A stretch of 61,086 nt of DNA, the filler included. It is 14 parts of 14 records of this genome, joined end to end, with 100 filler letters (N's around TTAATTAATTAA, not from the genome) between each part and the next. Parts side by side here need not be neighbours in the genome. Positions count along the whole stretch, not along the records: positions 19,408 to 22,834 come from SRR15195285_9672; positions 22,935 to 26,704 come from SRR15195285_9695; positions 26,805 to 30,221 come from SRR15195285_9707; positions 30,322 to 34,204 come from SRR15195285_9712; 10 more parts are not named here. One strand, given 5' to 3'. Below the pieces are notes generated by a model. The model saw only the letters and a program-made list of their open reading frames with translations. It had not been told where the DNA came from and ran no database searches. Shown one piece after another: positions 22,577-34,304 of the stretch; positions within the stretch are counted from its first letter, which is position 1; each line of letters opens with the position of its first letter. Both the position numbers and the translations under genes were made by a program.

Positions 22577-23817
22577 CTCTAGATGCCCATCCTAGAATCT
22601 TGTGAACCAATCCCCTCCGTTCGTGGCATCGCAGTCACCACGGTTCGGGTTACCGGCTAACGGCATCGGGGGTACGCTCCCGCCAGCGAAGCACGCACGA
22701 CGCGTTCCGGCGATCGCCGATCCCCGCACGCACACCTACGCTAAAGCGCCTACCTAGTACTAGTACTGTACCGAGGTAATCTAGTATGCATGCGCGGCCC
22801 TCCATGCAAATTACCGACTCGGCATTTTGCAAAANNNNNNNNNNNNNNNNNNNNNNNNNNNNNNNNNNNNNNNNNNNNTTAATTAATTAANNNNNNNNNN
22901 NNNNNNNNNNNNNNNNNNNNNNNNNNNNNNNNNNAACTCCTCAAGCCTTGACTACCGGGTGCGCAGCATACATGATACATGTACATGTATGCAGGGTCAC
23001 CGCGTGTCAGACAGACAGCCCGCCCCGCGGGGGGATTCATTGAGGTGACGAAACACAACCCAATGAGTGGCGGCTCACTACTTCGCCTACAGTAGTGATA
23101 CTATGGCTAGTGATGCACCGAAGGCCGACACGGGACAGACTGCATGGACACAGAGGCGACAGACTCAAACCCTTCTGAGAGCGCCCAGTGATTTCTCACA
23201 TGATTTCTCATGAGAACCGCTGAGCCGTGAGGGAGAATTGGTGATGAATGGGCATCCAGCCGTTCGTTCTTCGTTGATGATATTTGAGAGGTCAGTCAAC
23301 CCCGATCGTCACTCCCCACGGAGTGCGAACAACCGAACATAGAAAACTTCACTACTTTAGGGCACGAAAAACGAGCACCCCGAGGCCGTCCGCGGGCACT
23401 TTGTATTTCTCAGCGAGTTCTCTGTACTGTACAGTGCCTGCAGCCGTTCGCCCGCCTAAGTCGGAGACCCACGGAGTTGAGTTCAGTGGTTAGAGGGTGG
23501 TCACATCTCACAAGGATCATTCGAATAGAATTGGGCGGCGTTCGTCGGCGGGCGGCGCGCGGCGTTGAGAAATTTTCAGACCAAAAACGAACCGACGCTA
23601 ACGCTAATAGTGGCGGGCTGCTGGTGGGCGGTGCTGCGGTGTGGCGGGCTGTGGCGGGCTGTGGCAGGGTGTGGTGTGGTGGGGCGTGGCGGGGTGTGGT
23701 GTGTACGCTGTGCCGGTGGTGCTGGGCTAGCTTGGGAGACCTACGGTTGCGTGGTTAGGGTTGCTGGGTCTCGGAGGCCTTCGGCTTCTGGTCTGGTACA
23801 CGTTAACGCGGGTGGAG

Positions 23818-25137
23818 ATGGGGAGGAAGGCCGAGGGTCGGCGCGGCCGTCGGGACGAGTGGGATGAAGGCTCGCCGACGTGGGTTCGCGTGGTACAGGC
23901 GAGCCAGAGCGGGGGAGGCTTGGAGGGGGACACCGTCGCGCTCAACGCGCTCCAGTGGTGGCTGTCGCAGGTCGCCGGCCGGGCGACGTTGATGGTGGCG
24001 ACGGCTGACAAACACCGGGCCGCAGTCGGCGATGTGAGTCCGGCTACGAAACGGCCGCAGGGCTCGCCGCTGCGTCGGGTGAGCACGCACGCCGAGATGC
24101 TCAGCGCTGTCAGGCTGTGTGAGGACGCGTTCAACGCAGCCGATATCTACATGGGCGAAGACTGGTGGCGAGGCGGCCCGGACGACGAGCCGACGACGGA
24201 TGTAGAGGAGATGCCGTACATCGACGCCACCGCCTGCCATGCGGAGATGCTGAGCGCTGGGCGTGTGCCCATGCGTCAGTACTACCTGTACAAAGAGCAT
24301 GGCGGTGCCAGCCCGTCCGCAGCCATCATCGTGGAGGCGCTGTGCCCTGCGGTCTGGATCGTGGGTGTGATGGGCAGTTGCCAGCCAGGGCATGGGCGAC
24401 GGGCACTAGCAGAGCTACAGCGGCTCGCATTCGCGTCGGGACCAGGAAAGGGATGCCACGCGATCGTATTGGAAGCGCTGGACGGCGCGACGATCAAGCG
24501 GCAGCGACTCGTGCAGTTCTACGAGAGCTGTGGTTTTGGTCACTGCGGAAATACCCCGTCCCATCTGAACAGTGCCGATAGCACCATGGCGCGCGCGGAG
24601 CTCGCGGAGCGTCTTTACGGAGCACCTATCTTCCCCGGTGGTTCTTTCAGTGCCGAGACATTGCCAGCGATCCAGCTCGAGGTGGCCACGGAGAGCCCAG
24701 CGTACGCTTCTACTAGCAGCAGCTGTGCGAAACCTGGCAGCGAGGCTGAGCCGATGGCATGCGACGACGCCAGCTTGCCAGAGGAGACGAGGAGTCCGGT
24801 GGCAGACCGACCTGACGAGCCCGAAGACGCAAAGCAGGAAGGCGATATACTGTCAGCCTCAACGCCCGCTAAGGCGTCGTCTCAACTTGCCAAGACTTGT
24901 GAAAGTGCGGCTCGAACGATGGCATGCGACGACGCCAGCTCGCCAGATCAGCTTCAGAGCCCAGCCGGGGACCGGCCTGACGAGCCTTCAGACGTGGGGC
25001 AGGGGGGCAAGGACTACGAGGGAGTAGAGAAGCCGTCGACGTCAACCACGAGTGAGGTTTCTGCGCTAGCCAAGCGTTCGCCTTCCCTTGTGTTTGCTGT
25101 CCCAGACGGCCCAGCACCAAGGACGCTGGTATTGTAG
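23818..25137 (+). CDS. Putative GNAT-fold acetyltransferase with disordered, duplicated C-tail
   Basis: GHGRRALAELQRLA (motif A-like), AIVLEAL and LVQFYESCGF (motif B-like). ATG at 23818. Confidence 0.55.
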   Translation: MGRKAEGRRGRRDEWDEGSPTWVRVVQASQSGGGLEGDTVALNALQWWLSQVAGRATLMVATADKHRAAVGDVSPATKRPQGSPLRRVSTHAEMLSAVRLCEDAFNAADIYMGEDWWRGGPDDEPTTDVEEMPYIDATACHAEMLSAGRVPMRQYYLYKEHGGASPSAAIIVEALCPAVWIVGVMGSCQPGHGRRALAELQRLAFASGPGKGCHAIVLEALDGATIKRQRLVQFYESCGFGHCGNTPSHLNSADSTMARAELAERLYGAPIFPGGSFSAETLPAIQLEVATESPAYASTSSSCAKPGSEAEPMACDDASLPEETRSPVADRPDEPEDAKQEGDILSASTPAKASSQLAKTCESAARTMACDDASSPDQLQSPAGDRPDEPSDVGQGGKDYEGVEKPSTSTTSEVSALAKRSPSLVFAVPDGPAPRTLVL

Positions 25138-25211
25138 ACGTCGCTATCTACAATCCGTAGACGGGGGCAGGGCAGGAGCGCCTAGCTAGTGCGAAATGAA
25201 CGCACTTTTGT

Positions 25212-26550
25212 TTATCCGGTGTTTGACAGAGCAATCATCGCAATCGCTCCCGCGTACAGCAGTACCATACCTCCAAGGCAGTACCACGCAGCCGCTGGTG
25301 CCCCTCTAAACTCTTTGTAGTAGAACACGCCCCAGCCAGTTGCTACCATAGGCGCCGACTGTCCGGTTGCGTACGCCAAGGCCACGCCAACGCTGTTGCC
25401 GGATACGAGATTTGACAAGGTACCGATAGCCCAGATCATTCCACCTGCCCAGCCGAGCATGTGCTGGTCGGAAGACAGTTCGTAGTACGCTGCAGGGGTC
25501 GTGCGCTGGCTCGCGTCTAGTGGCGACTGCACGAGGAAGATTGCCAGCGGTGATGCTACACGCAAACATACAGAATATGGTCAGTAGGCTTAAGATAGAT
25601 GATTGTCAACAGCTGCACAAGGTTGCTCTGTCTTCGTGAGAACTTGACATACGTTTCAGCGAAGTCACTAGCACCGCGGTCATGTAGAGCATGAACGAGG
25701 CGTAAGGGTTAAGGCCATCAGTTGCCGGTGGGGCATTGTTCATGGAGTATGACGACAGTGGTGCCCAGCAAGACATCAGAAGCCCAGCTCCGAGGCAGAC
25801 ACCGGCAGACGCCAGTGCTGATGGTTTGCGACCTTCGCCACCTACTGCAACTGGCACCGGTGGTGGCTTCCGTGCTGGCACCTCGTCGCCTCCACTTGAT
25901 CCGGGGACGGTAAACCCAGCGTGCTCTGCGCCGCTACTCTCTTCGTCGTCACCATTGACCAGCGGGACACTGCCCTCTCTCCGTCTACGGCCGCCGCCTC
26001 CATCTGGTCCTCCCAGCAGACCGCTTCGATTACCATCGTATGTCTGCGCCTGCGTCTTGCGCAAGAAGTAATCTGCAGCAGCGATGGCAACCACGGCGAC
26101 GAAACCGAGGGCTACTCCTCCGAACAAGAACTGCGGGCGGTCAGGACGGTTTCCGCTGTCGACAAAGTAGGTGAGTACCGTCCCGAGCACCAGCGCGGTA
26201 CCAATCCCCATCGGGAATGCGACGCTCAGACCCGCCAGGTTGATGCCCACGACCAGCAGCGCGTTGGCGACGTTGAAGATCGCGCCCGCTGCCAAGGCGC
26301 TCAGCACTCTGTACCGTCCAACGTCGGTCGTCGGATCGGCGCTGCTCTCGGCGGCCACCTCCGCGCCGCCCAGCGTCACCCATGCGAGCAGCGCTGTGGC
26401 GAAGCCTCCCATGCACCAGTCGCTGTAAAAGTGAGCGAAGGGGACGGCGGAGCGCGTCGCCTCCTTGGCAGTGTTGGACCAGCTGCCCCAGCAGACGAGG
26501 GAGAGGATCACCAGGGGGAACGCCTCGCTGAACGTCTCTGGGACCCACAT
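25212..26550 (-). CDS. Ureide permease / DMT-superfamily transporter; 2 exons
   Basis: SLVCWGSWSNT, FYSDW, AGAIFNVANALLVVGINLAGLSVAFPMGIG and GQSAPMVATGWGVFYYKEF. A GT-AG intron at ~25652..25557 joins LKP-SPLAIF. Confidence 0.85.
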
Positions 26551-26874
26551 CCCCACCCACCGTACACGGTGTCTGTGCACGTGTCTGTCGGGTGCCCGCC
26601 AACGTCGTCGCCCACGGGGAGTGGGAACCAGCCAACCACATGTGGGCAAGGATTTCTGGATAAGAGAACATGACCCTAGTTCTATCTAGTTCTGACCAGT
26701 TCTANNNNNNNNNNNNNNNNNNNNNNNNNNNNNNNNNNNNNNNNNNNNTTAATTAATTAANNNNNNNNNNNNNNNNNNNNNNNNNNNNNNNNNNNNNNNN
26801 NNNNTCTCATACGCTGTGGTTTGACGGCGCAGAGGCCATACGGGACGGAGCAACTGGTTGACTGTGGGGTCCAA

Positions 26875-28171
26875 ATGCCGGTGGACACGAGTGCAGTGCT
26901 GCTGATCGCGGCGGGCGGGATGTGCGGAGGGCTGTTCACCACGCCGATTGGCTGGATGCCCTCGTGGGAGTGGGAGAATGTCTGGCTGCTCTACTCGATC
27001 TTCGGGATGGTGGTCTGGCCGTGGGCGCTGGTGCTCTCGACCGTGCCCTCGGTCTGGGAAATCTACGAGACGGCGAAGGCGACAGACATCGTCCTCACGG
27101 CGTTGTTCGGCGCAGGCTGGGGAATCGGCAGCACGCTGTTCGGTGTCGGCACCAATGCCGTGGGCAACAGTCTCGGATTTTCGATCATCCTCGGCCTGAC
27201 TGCGACACTCGGATCGGCGATCGTGCTAGTTGCGCTGCACCCACACGACATAGCGACAAAGGAGGGCTACTACACGTTCGGTGGTCTCGCTGTCACGGTT
27301 GTCGGTCTGGCCTGCTGCGGTTACGCGGGCGCGCGCAAGGAGCGCGAGCAGTCTGAAGCTGAGAAAGAGGATCGGCTGCTGAAGATCGAAGAGAGTACGG
27401 TGGGAGCTGGCGAGCAGGTACGAGCACGCGTGTGTTACCCATTCAGCCTGCTCCATCTACGTACTGAACGGCAGCTAATTAAGGTGGTGCTGGCTTCTGG
27501 AGCAGAAGATTCCGTTCTGTCTCGGCATGGTCATCTGCCTGCTCTCGGGCATTCTCTCGCCGATGCTGAACATCGGCCTCGCTTTCGGAAACAACGGCGA
27601 CGACGGCATGCAGGAGCGCGCGATGCATTACGGTGTAGCACTCAAGTGGAACAACAACCCGACTTGGTGTATTGGTGTGGGGGCGGGCTTCGTTGTCAAC
27701 GCTTCGTACTGCTGCTACAAGCTCTGCGTCAACAAGACGTGGTCGAATTTCTGCCCGTCCTCACACTCAACCGCTTCGGCATCGATCCAGGGCAGTGGTT
27801 CAGACGCATGGCATTCGTACACACTAGCCCCGTGGTACCACGCTTCTCCAGGCGGCCTGCTGAACTGGTTCTACTGTCTCGTCATGGGTCTGCTCTGGTA
27901 CGGCGGCAACGTCATCTACGGCATCGGCTCAAATATGCTGGGCGAGCTGGGCGACGCTGTCGGATGGCCGGTTTTCATTGTCAGCATGGTGGTAACTGGC
28001 AACGCCTCTGGTGCATTGACAGGGGAATGGGACGGCACAAGCAGCGGGTCAAAGGCGTGGATGGTGGTTGGCAATATTATCCTGGGCACTGGGGTGGTCG
28101 TCGGGGTGCTTGGTACGGGCGGGACTGCAGACGGCTCCGGCTCCGGGACTGCAGACGGCTCTGCTGCGTAA
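26875..28171 (+). CDS. RhaT-like (L-rhamnose:H+ symporter family) DMT transporter; 2 exons
   Basis: WEWENVWLLYS, GAGWGIGSTLFG, GNSLGFSIILGL, GLLWYGGNVIYG, GWPVF and GALTGEW. Intron 27418-27505. Confidence 0.82.
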
Positions 28172-28353
28172 CGCCAGCCAGGAGAGTACACTACATTGGC
28201 AATCGGGAGCGGCTCGCGGCTCGCGGCTCGCGGCTCGCGTCTCGAAATCTGACCGTGAAAATGTAATTTGATTACCAGAAGCTTTAGCAGCCGCAATTAT
28301 CGTCTGCAACCTACACGAGAGACCTTGCGCAAATTCTACCTCCGTAAATACTC

Positions 28354-29632
28354 TCAACTGCCGCCGAAAAGCGGCTCACCCTGGAGACCTCGCATGCACA
28401 TTTCGTAAGTCACGAAGAGCAGACCTGCAAAGAGGCACAGGTTCCGCGTTGCAAGCAGCAGGTTAGCACAACGGCAAGTAGGCGTCACAGTCAGCAACTT
28501 CCGACAAGACAGAAGCCGGCAGATACTCATTATGATCTTCCGACGGCGCTAAACTCACCGTTGCCAGGCCCTGCCCTTGCCACAGTCATACCGCACCCCC
28601 TATAGAAGCCCCGCACGCCTTCTGTCCTCAGCGTCTGCCGTGCCACCGCAGCAATGGACGGCTGGGCGCCGTCTGCAGTAGCAACACCATGCGTGCCAGT
28701 TTGAATCTTGGACTTGACGACATCAGCTGGGTACGGCACGCCCCAGTATGCCATGCCTGCCAGCGAGCCTGCCATGCAAACTTTCCACGGGGGCAGTTCT
28801 GAGCGTGGGCTGCCTGGCGGAGTCAGCAGGTAGCAGCCCACTTCGTATCCTGAATTGCACACAGAACATACAACTTGAGCGACATCGGGGCGCAGCATAG
28901 GGAGAGAGAGACGAAGAGATTGAGGAAAGTGGAGCTTACCTCCGAACCAGGAGACGTTGCCAGGCAGCTCTCGCATTAACGTGGAAACGTGCCCTTTGAA
29001 CAGGCCGTTGGCGATTCCCTCTTCCCGGACGGTCCGCAACAGGCAGTCGAGAGTGCTCTTATATGCCACCTGATGCAGCCAGGCGAGCGCGCGATTAGGC
29101 TCAACAGCAGCACCAGTGGAGCTGAACTATGGGGCAGCTCATGTTTGCAGCTGATCTGACGGGCAGCTCGCGTTTGCACGGGCTATACTGATCGTACCGC
29201 ATCGGTGGCGAGCGTCTGCATTCTGCACTTGATGAGCTCGACGGGAGTTAAGACCGTGGACACTGCAACTCCAGAAGCCATCGCGCACACGACCAGCTTG
29301 TGGACAGGCATGGTCTCCTTCGGCCCATCGTGGCACAAGCTCTGGGCCAGATTAAAGCTGACGAAGAGCGTGGCGTTCTCTGCCATCGACCCCAACAAAG
29401 GGCTGCTGATCCCTTGGTACAGTCGCCTGAAGCCGTGTTCCCGCACGTTCATCCGCAGCAGCCCGATCGGGCCGAGAGTGCTCAACCTCGTGCCGCTGCC
29501 AGCTGTCTGCATCTGCACCTTGATGGTATCTAGCGGGTACTCTACAAGCTTGCACGCCGAGCCCGCGAGGCAACCCGCCAGGATATCATTCCGACCCTGG
29601 CGGACAATCTTCCCAATGTCCACGCCGCCCAT
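28354..29632 (-). CDS. Mitochondrial carrier (SLC25), ornithine/basic amino acid carrier-like; 4 exons
   Basis: Three PxD/ExxK signatures (YPLDTIKVQMQ, TPVELIKCRMQ, YPADVVKSKIQ), plus GLFKG and GFYRG. Last exon LLFVTYEMCMRGL ends at TGA 28354. Confidence 0.88.
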
Positions 29633-30406
29633 GCCAGGCAACGACAAAAGCCTGCACTCTCCCGCGCTGGCTGCCAGCGCCACCGGGGAGACAGCAGATG
29701 GCGCCCAGCTTACGTAAAAGCCGAGCTCGACATCTGCACAGCACGCTCGCCCCCAGCAGCCAGCACGCCTGCTCGCGAGCACGCCCACAGCCTCTTGGTC
29801 CTCAGCGCCGCCCAGCCGGTGCCGCCGCACCCCCGGTCCCCCGCACGGCCAGCCTGTCACAGGCTGCCCGGAGGAATCACTGAGAAATGCTGTGCACCGC
29901 CGCGAGTCGCTGCTTTTCTCTCGCGCGTCAGTAGGAAGTTCGTCGTGAAATTGCTGTTGTTCTTCGATGACTCGGCGGGGAATCGAATTCTGACCAACCG
30001 CCGGGTGAAATCACCTCACGCCCGGTGCCGAGCTCGCTCCGCGTGCTCAATCACTTCGCCAATCAATGAATCATCATCAACATCCATGGAATGCTGTGCT
30101 CACGCCTTTGCGGACAGTCTGTCGGACGATCGTGCGGAGAGCGTGCGGACTGCTGGCCAGTGCCGGTCGGTACACCAGTCGGTTTGTGAACCCCCCCGAA
30201 ATGGGCCTGGCTCAGACCGGANNNNNNNNNNNNNNNNNNNNNNNNNNNNNNNNNNNNNNNNNNNNTTAATTAATTAANNNNNNNNNNNNNNNNNNNNNNN
30301 NNNNNNNNNNNNNNNNNNNNNCTCCTCCTCCTCCTGCTGCTGCTGCTGCTTCTGTCTTTTGCTCTGTATTTTCCTGGTGTGCTGCTGAGCCCGTGTGGTC
30401 GCACAG

Positions 30407-32868
30407 GGTCTGGAGGACTACATCGAAGTGTTCGCACAGCACAAAGTCGACTTTGATGTGCTCAACGAGATGGACCACGACACCCTAAAGGAGATGGGAA
30501 TTCACTTTGGCGATCGTGTTCGTGTTTTGCGAGCCGTCGAGTCGCTCAAGGCGGCGCCGACCTTTGAGGAAGACACAAACTATCCTCTTGCAGGCCTCGC
30601 GTCACTCTTTGGCAAGATGGAGGGCCAGTACAAAGCTGCAGACCTAGGCGCGGCAGCGGCAGCGAAGCTTGCGAGGCAATCTATCGCAGAGTTTGTGACT
30701 GGAGAGTTCGCCGTTGCTGGCGTTGACCGAGATCTGACGCTGGCCGAGCGGAAGCTACTGGTAGCGCGTGATTCGCTCGGATTTGTCGCGTCAGTGGTGG
30801 ACGGGAAGAATCGACAGAAAATTGAGCAGGCGTTGGCTACTATCGCACGCGACTACGAGAAATTTCAAGAGGATCTTGTGCTGGATATGTCTACAGTACT
30901 CGACGCGATGCGATCAGAGAGCACCCGTGCAAATAGACAGCTGATGGGCGAGGCCTGCTACATGCTGCGTGGGATGATGACGGGAGTGCTGCTCGGCCCG
31001 GATCATGCGCTCAATTCGCTGACCACCGCAGAGCGACGAAAGGTGGTAGCGACCCATGATGGGTTGGATGCGGTGATGCAGTGCATCATAGATGCAACGG
31101 GAGATGCAGATGACACCTTTTTGCTGCAGGCGTTTGAATGTCTTTGCGAACTCGGCGGGGCAGAGGCCTGCAGAGCGCAGATGGCCGAGGAAGGCACAGC
31201 GAGTTTGGTACTGAGCCTGATGAGCGGCCACCTCGCAAACGCTCGTGTAGCGGAGCTCGGGTGCCATCTCTGCATGCAGTTGCTGCATCAACGGCTAGAT
31301 GTGCAGGAGTCAGTGGCGTCGCTTCCTTACGATGGTGGCCTTGCAGTGGTGCTGTACGCCATGAAAGCTTTCCCGGCCGACGGTGGGATCCAGTGCTGTG
31401 GCATCGGCGCCCTCGCGGCAGCAGCCGACAACGCATCCAATGCCACGCTCATCGTGGCCCAGGGCGGCCTGCCTCTGATTTGCTCTGGCATGCGATCTTT
31501 CCCATTCCCGGTGCGCACGATCAACTCAGTAGTATCTGCAGATAGGCGAGGCGAGGCTAGACATGTGATCTAAGACGATAGAATCGAACACGATACCTGC
31601 TTGTACAACTGCTGCAAAAAAGTACTCCAACCAAGCGCGTCCGTTCTGCTTCGCAGGGAGATGTCTTGCTGCAGTGGCATGCCTGCCAGGTCTTGTGCCA
31701 CATAGCAAATGCATCGCCTGCGGACTACACCCAACTGGCTGTCAAGGAGGGGGCCCTCGTGCTGGTGACTGGTGCTATGCGTGGTTTCCCGGCGCACCCG
31801 CAACTGCAGACTGCCGCAATATGGTTCCTTGACGTGTGCGCGGCCCTGCAGCCGCTTCATGAGATGCTCATGCGCGAGCACGTCATCGCCCTCTGTTGCA
31901 GCGCGATCCGGTGAGGGCAATGTTTAGCTGATTTACTCTGATTCCGCGCTGGCATGTGGTTTCCCTTGTAGCCGAGCATTATACGTCTTGTTTCGTCATG
32001 GGTGTGCGCAGGACCTTCCCGGATCATGCCGCGCTGCTGCTGGCCGCCTTCTCAACCCTCGGGTCGTTGGCATCTTCGCGGCCACACCACGATGCGATCC
32101 AGCGAGAAGGTGCAGTGGCGAAAGTAGCCTCGGTATGTCCGCAGTCGGTGATTTGGTCGTGCTAGAGCGCGCACATCGTTGATGCTAGTTGCATGTGCGT
32201 TTGCGTGCGCCAGGCGCTTCGTACCCATCCGCGGGACAAGAAGGTGCTCGCTGCAGCCTTGGGTGCTCTGACGCAGCTTGCAACTATCGATGCGGAAGCA
32301 CTGAAGGCCATTCGCCGCGAGGGGGCGTTGGAGGCTTCTATCGCGGCGCTCAAATTTTTTCATGTGGATGCGCCGATTCAACGCCATGGTAAGTACCTGC
32401 TGCCGTTGTTGCTTTTGCCTGCACACCACATAAGTAGCACAAACTTAGAACAGCCGCTGTCCATGGGCTACTTCTGCCGCTTCGGTTCTAATCTCATCGT
32501 GTGCATCGCCACCGCAGGCCTCTCATTTATCGTGAACACCTTGGCCGATTCGCACTGCCGCCAGGTTGCCTTCGCGCTCGGTTTGGCCGACATCGCGGCT
32601 CGCGCACTCCGGTATGGCATTCTATTCACCGCTTGGTCGAAGCTTTGAATTGAAAACAGAGAATCTTTTGACCAAACTAATTCAAGCATGCGGACAACTG
32701 GATGTCGGCAGATACTTTCCGGGTGATCGGACCATCGAAGCTGCTCATCAAGCAATGGAACAGACACAGTTCGGCCTGGCGCCTGAGCCTCAGGAGCGCA
32801 GCGCGGCGATCGACTATAAATCAGGCGGCGGCGGCATGACACAGACACCACAGCTCACAAACTACTAG
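30407..32868 (+). CDS. SAM domain + armadillo-repeat protein, multi-exon, 5' truncated
   Basis: SAM motif GLEDYIEVFAQHKVDFDVLNEMDHDTLKEMGIHFGDRVRVL. ARM-like repeats (AMKAFPADGGIQCCGIGALAA, AMRGFPAHPQLQ). Several in-frame GT-AG introns between 31511 and 32659. Confidence 0.75.
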
Positions 32869-33005
32869 CGCTGGCTGTAGACAAGCCTTGGCATTGGTGT
32901 GCGGTAGGGTGTGATGGTGCGCGAGCGCGATCTAGCAGTGCGTTGTGCGTGAGCCAGCATCTGTTCAGTCATAGATGATTGGTCGTGCAAGAATTCATTT
33001 TGATG

Positions 33006-34025
33006 TCATGAAGACAACGTGGTTGTGTCACCATAGTCGGGCTTGATCTTGCCCGTCTCCCCAATACCCTTGATCTTATGCAGCTCCTGCCATGGCTGCG
33101 AATCGTTGAGCTTTCGCAGAGAGATCACAACCTGCTTTGGCTTTACCCTTAATTTGCACTTGCTTGGAATCACACACTCTGCGAGGACGGGAGCGTGCAG
33201 TCGGTAGCAGTACCGCGGCTCCAAGTCGTCGTCCTCTGCGCCTGCAGAGGCCTTCAGTTCGTCGATGCGCAGGTCGAAGCTCCGCTCCCGGTACTCGCAG
33301 GTGACGCAGCCTTTGGGGAGATCGCCGACACCATCATGGGTGATGTACAGCCGCACCCAGTTGCCCTCATCTGACATCGAGAACTTGGAAATTGTGCGGA
33401 TGCTCTCGATCTTGCTGGCCGCCACAGCGGGAGCGACGACACGCTGTGGCCGCGGTGGCGCGGCCCCCTTGGCCTGTCTATCCCAGTAGTAGTGCGAGTG
33501 GTCACCGGCCGCTGCCTTGCTAGCCTCAATCGGGTTCGCGGGAGGCGCAGACGCGACCACAGGGGCGGGCGTTGGCACCGACGCAGCCTGTTGCTGGCGA
33601 GCCTCCAGCGCTTTGATTTGCTGGGCCAGCGGGGCCAGCCTGTCGTACTCGCCATCGTCCGTCGCACGCTTGATCTCCGCCTTGAGGCTTTCGATCTGGT
33701 CCGCGAGTGACGCGGCGGCGGCGGCGGTGGTGGCGCCGCCGCCCCCTGGCGACGCGGGAGAGCCGCTAGCGAAAAATACGTCGTCGCCGTCGTTCAGGCA
33801 GTCAAAGATCGAGGCGGTGAGCGAGTAGCTCTCGCCCCCGAGCTCGTCCGTGACCACGGGGAGCTGGTGCGGGCCATCTAGCCGCGCAGAGGCCTGCTTG
33901 TTGTTGTAGGCGTCCACAAAGAACACGCGCACAAGCTCGAAGGTCACGTCGGAGCCGCCATCGAAGCTCATGACCTCCGTGTGGGCGGGCGCCGGCGCCT
34001 CATCGTAGTGCACGTAGATCTTCAT
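33006..34025 (-). CDS. CS (p23/CACYBP-like) domain protein with UVR-like helical hairpin
   Basis: ISKFSMSDEGNWVRLYI..CEYRERSFDLRI..KCKLRVKPKQVVISLRK..WQEL. UVR-like IESLKAEIKRATDDGEYDRLAPLAQQIKALE. Confidence 0.75.
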   Translation of the reverse strand: MKIYVHYDEAPAPAHTEVMSFDGGSDVTFELVRVFFVDAYNNKQASARLDGPHQLPVVTDELGGESYSLTASIFDCLNDGDDVFFASGSPASPGGGGATTAAAAASLADQIESLKAEIKRATDDGEYDRLAPLAQQIKALEARQQQAASVPTPAPVVASAPPANPIEASKAAAGDHSHYYWDRQAKGAAPPRPQRVVAPAVAASKIESIRTISKFSMSDEGNWVRLYITHDGVGDLPKGCVTCEYRERSFDLRIDELKASAGAEDDDLEPRYCYRLHAPVLAECVIPSKCKLRVKPKQVVISLRKLNDSQPWQELHKIKGIGETGKIKPDYGDTTTLSS

Positions 34026-34304
34026 CCGGGAGGGGTTGCCACAAACCAGCGCTCCCAGTCCTCCTTCCAGCTGTAATCTGTGAAGGAGAGCCTCGCCCGC
34101 TGGGATGGTCAGCCCGCCCCTCAGGACAGCATCATAGAGGCCTCCATCGCCACTGGATAGTTCGTTTGGGGTGTGTACTGAGAACTCACTGAGAAATACA
34201 GCGGNNNNNNNNNNNNNNNNNNNNNNNNNNNNNNNNNNNNNNNNNNNNTTAATTAATTAANNNNNNNNNNNNNNNNNNNNNNNNNNNNNNNNNNNNNNNN
34301 NNNN

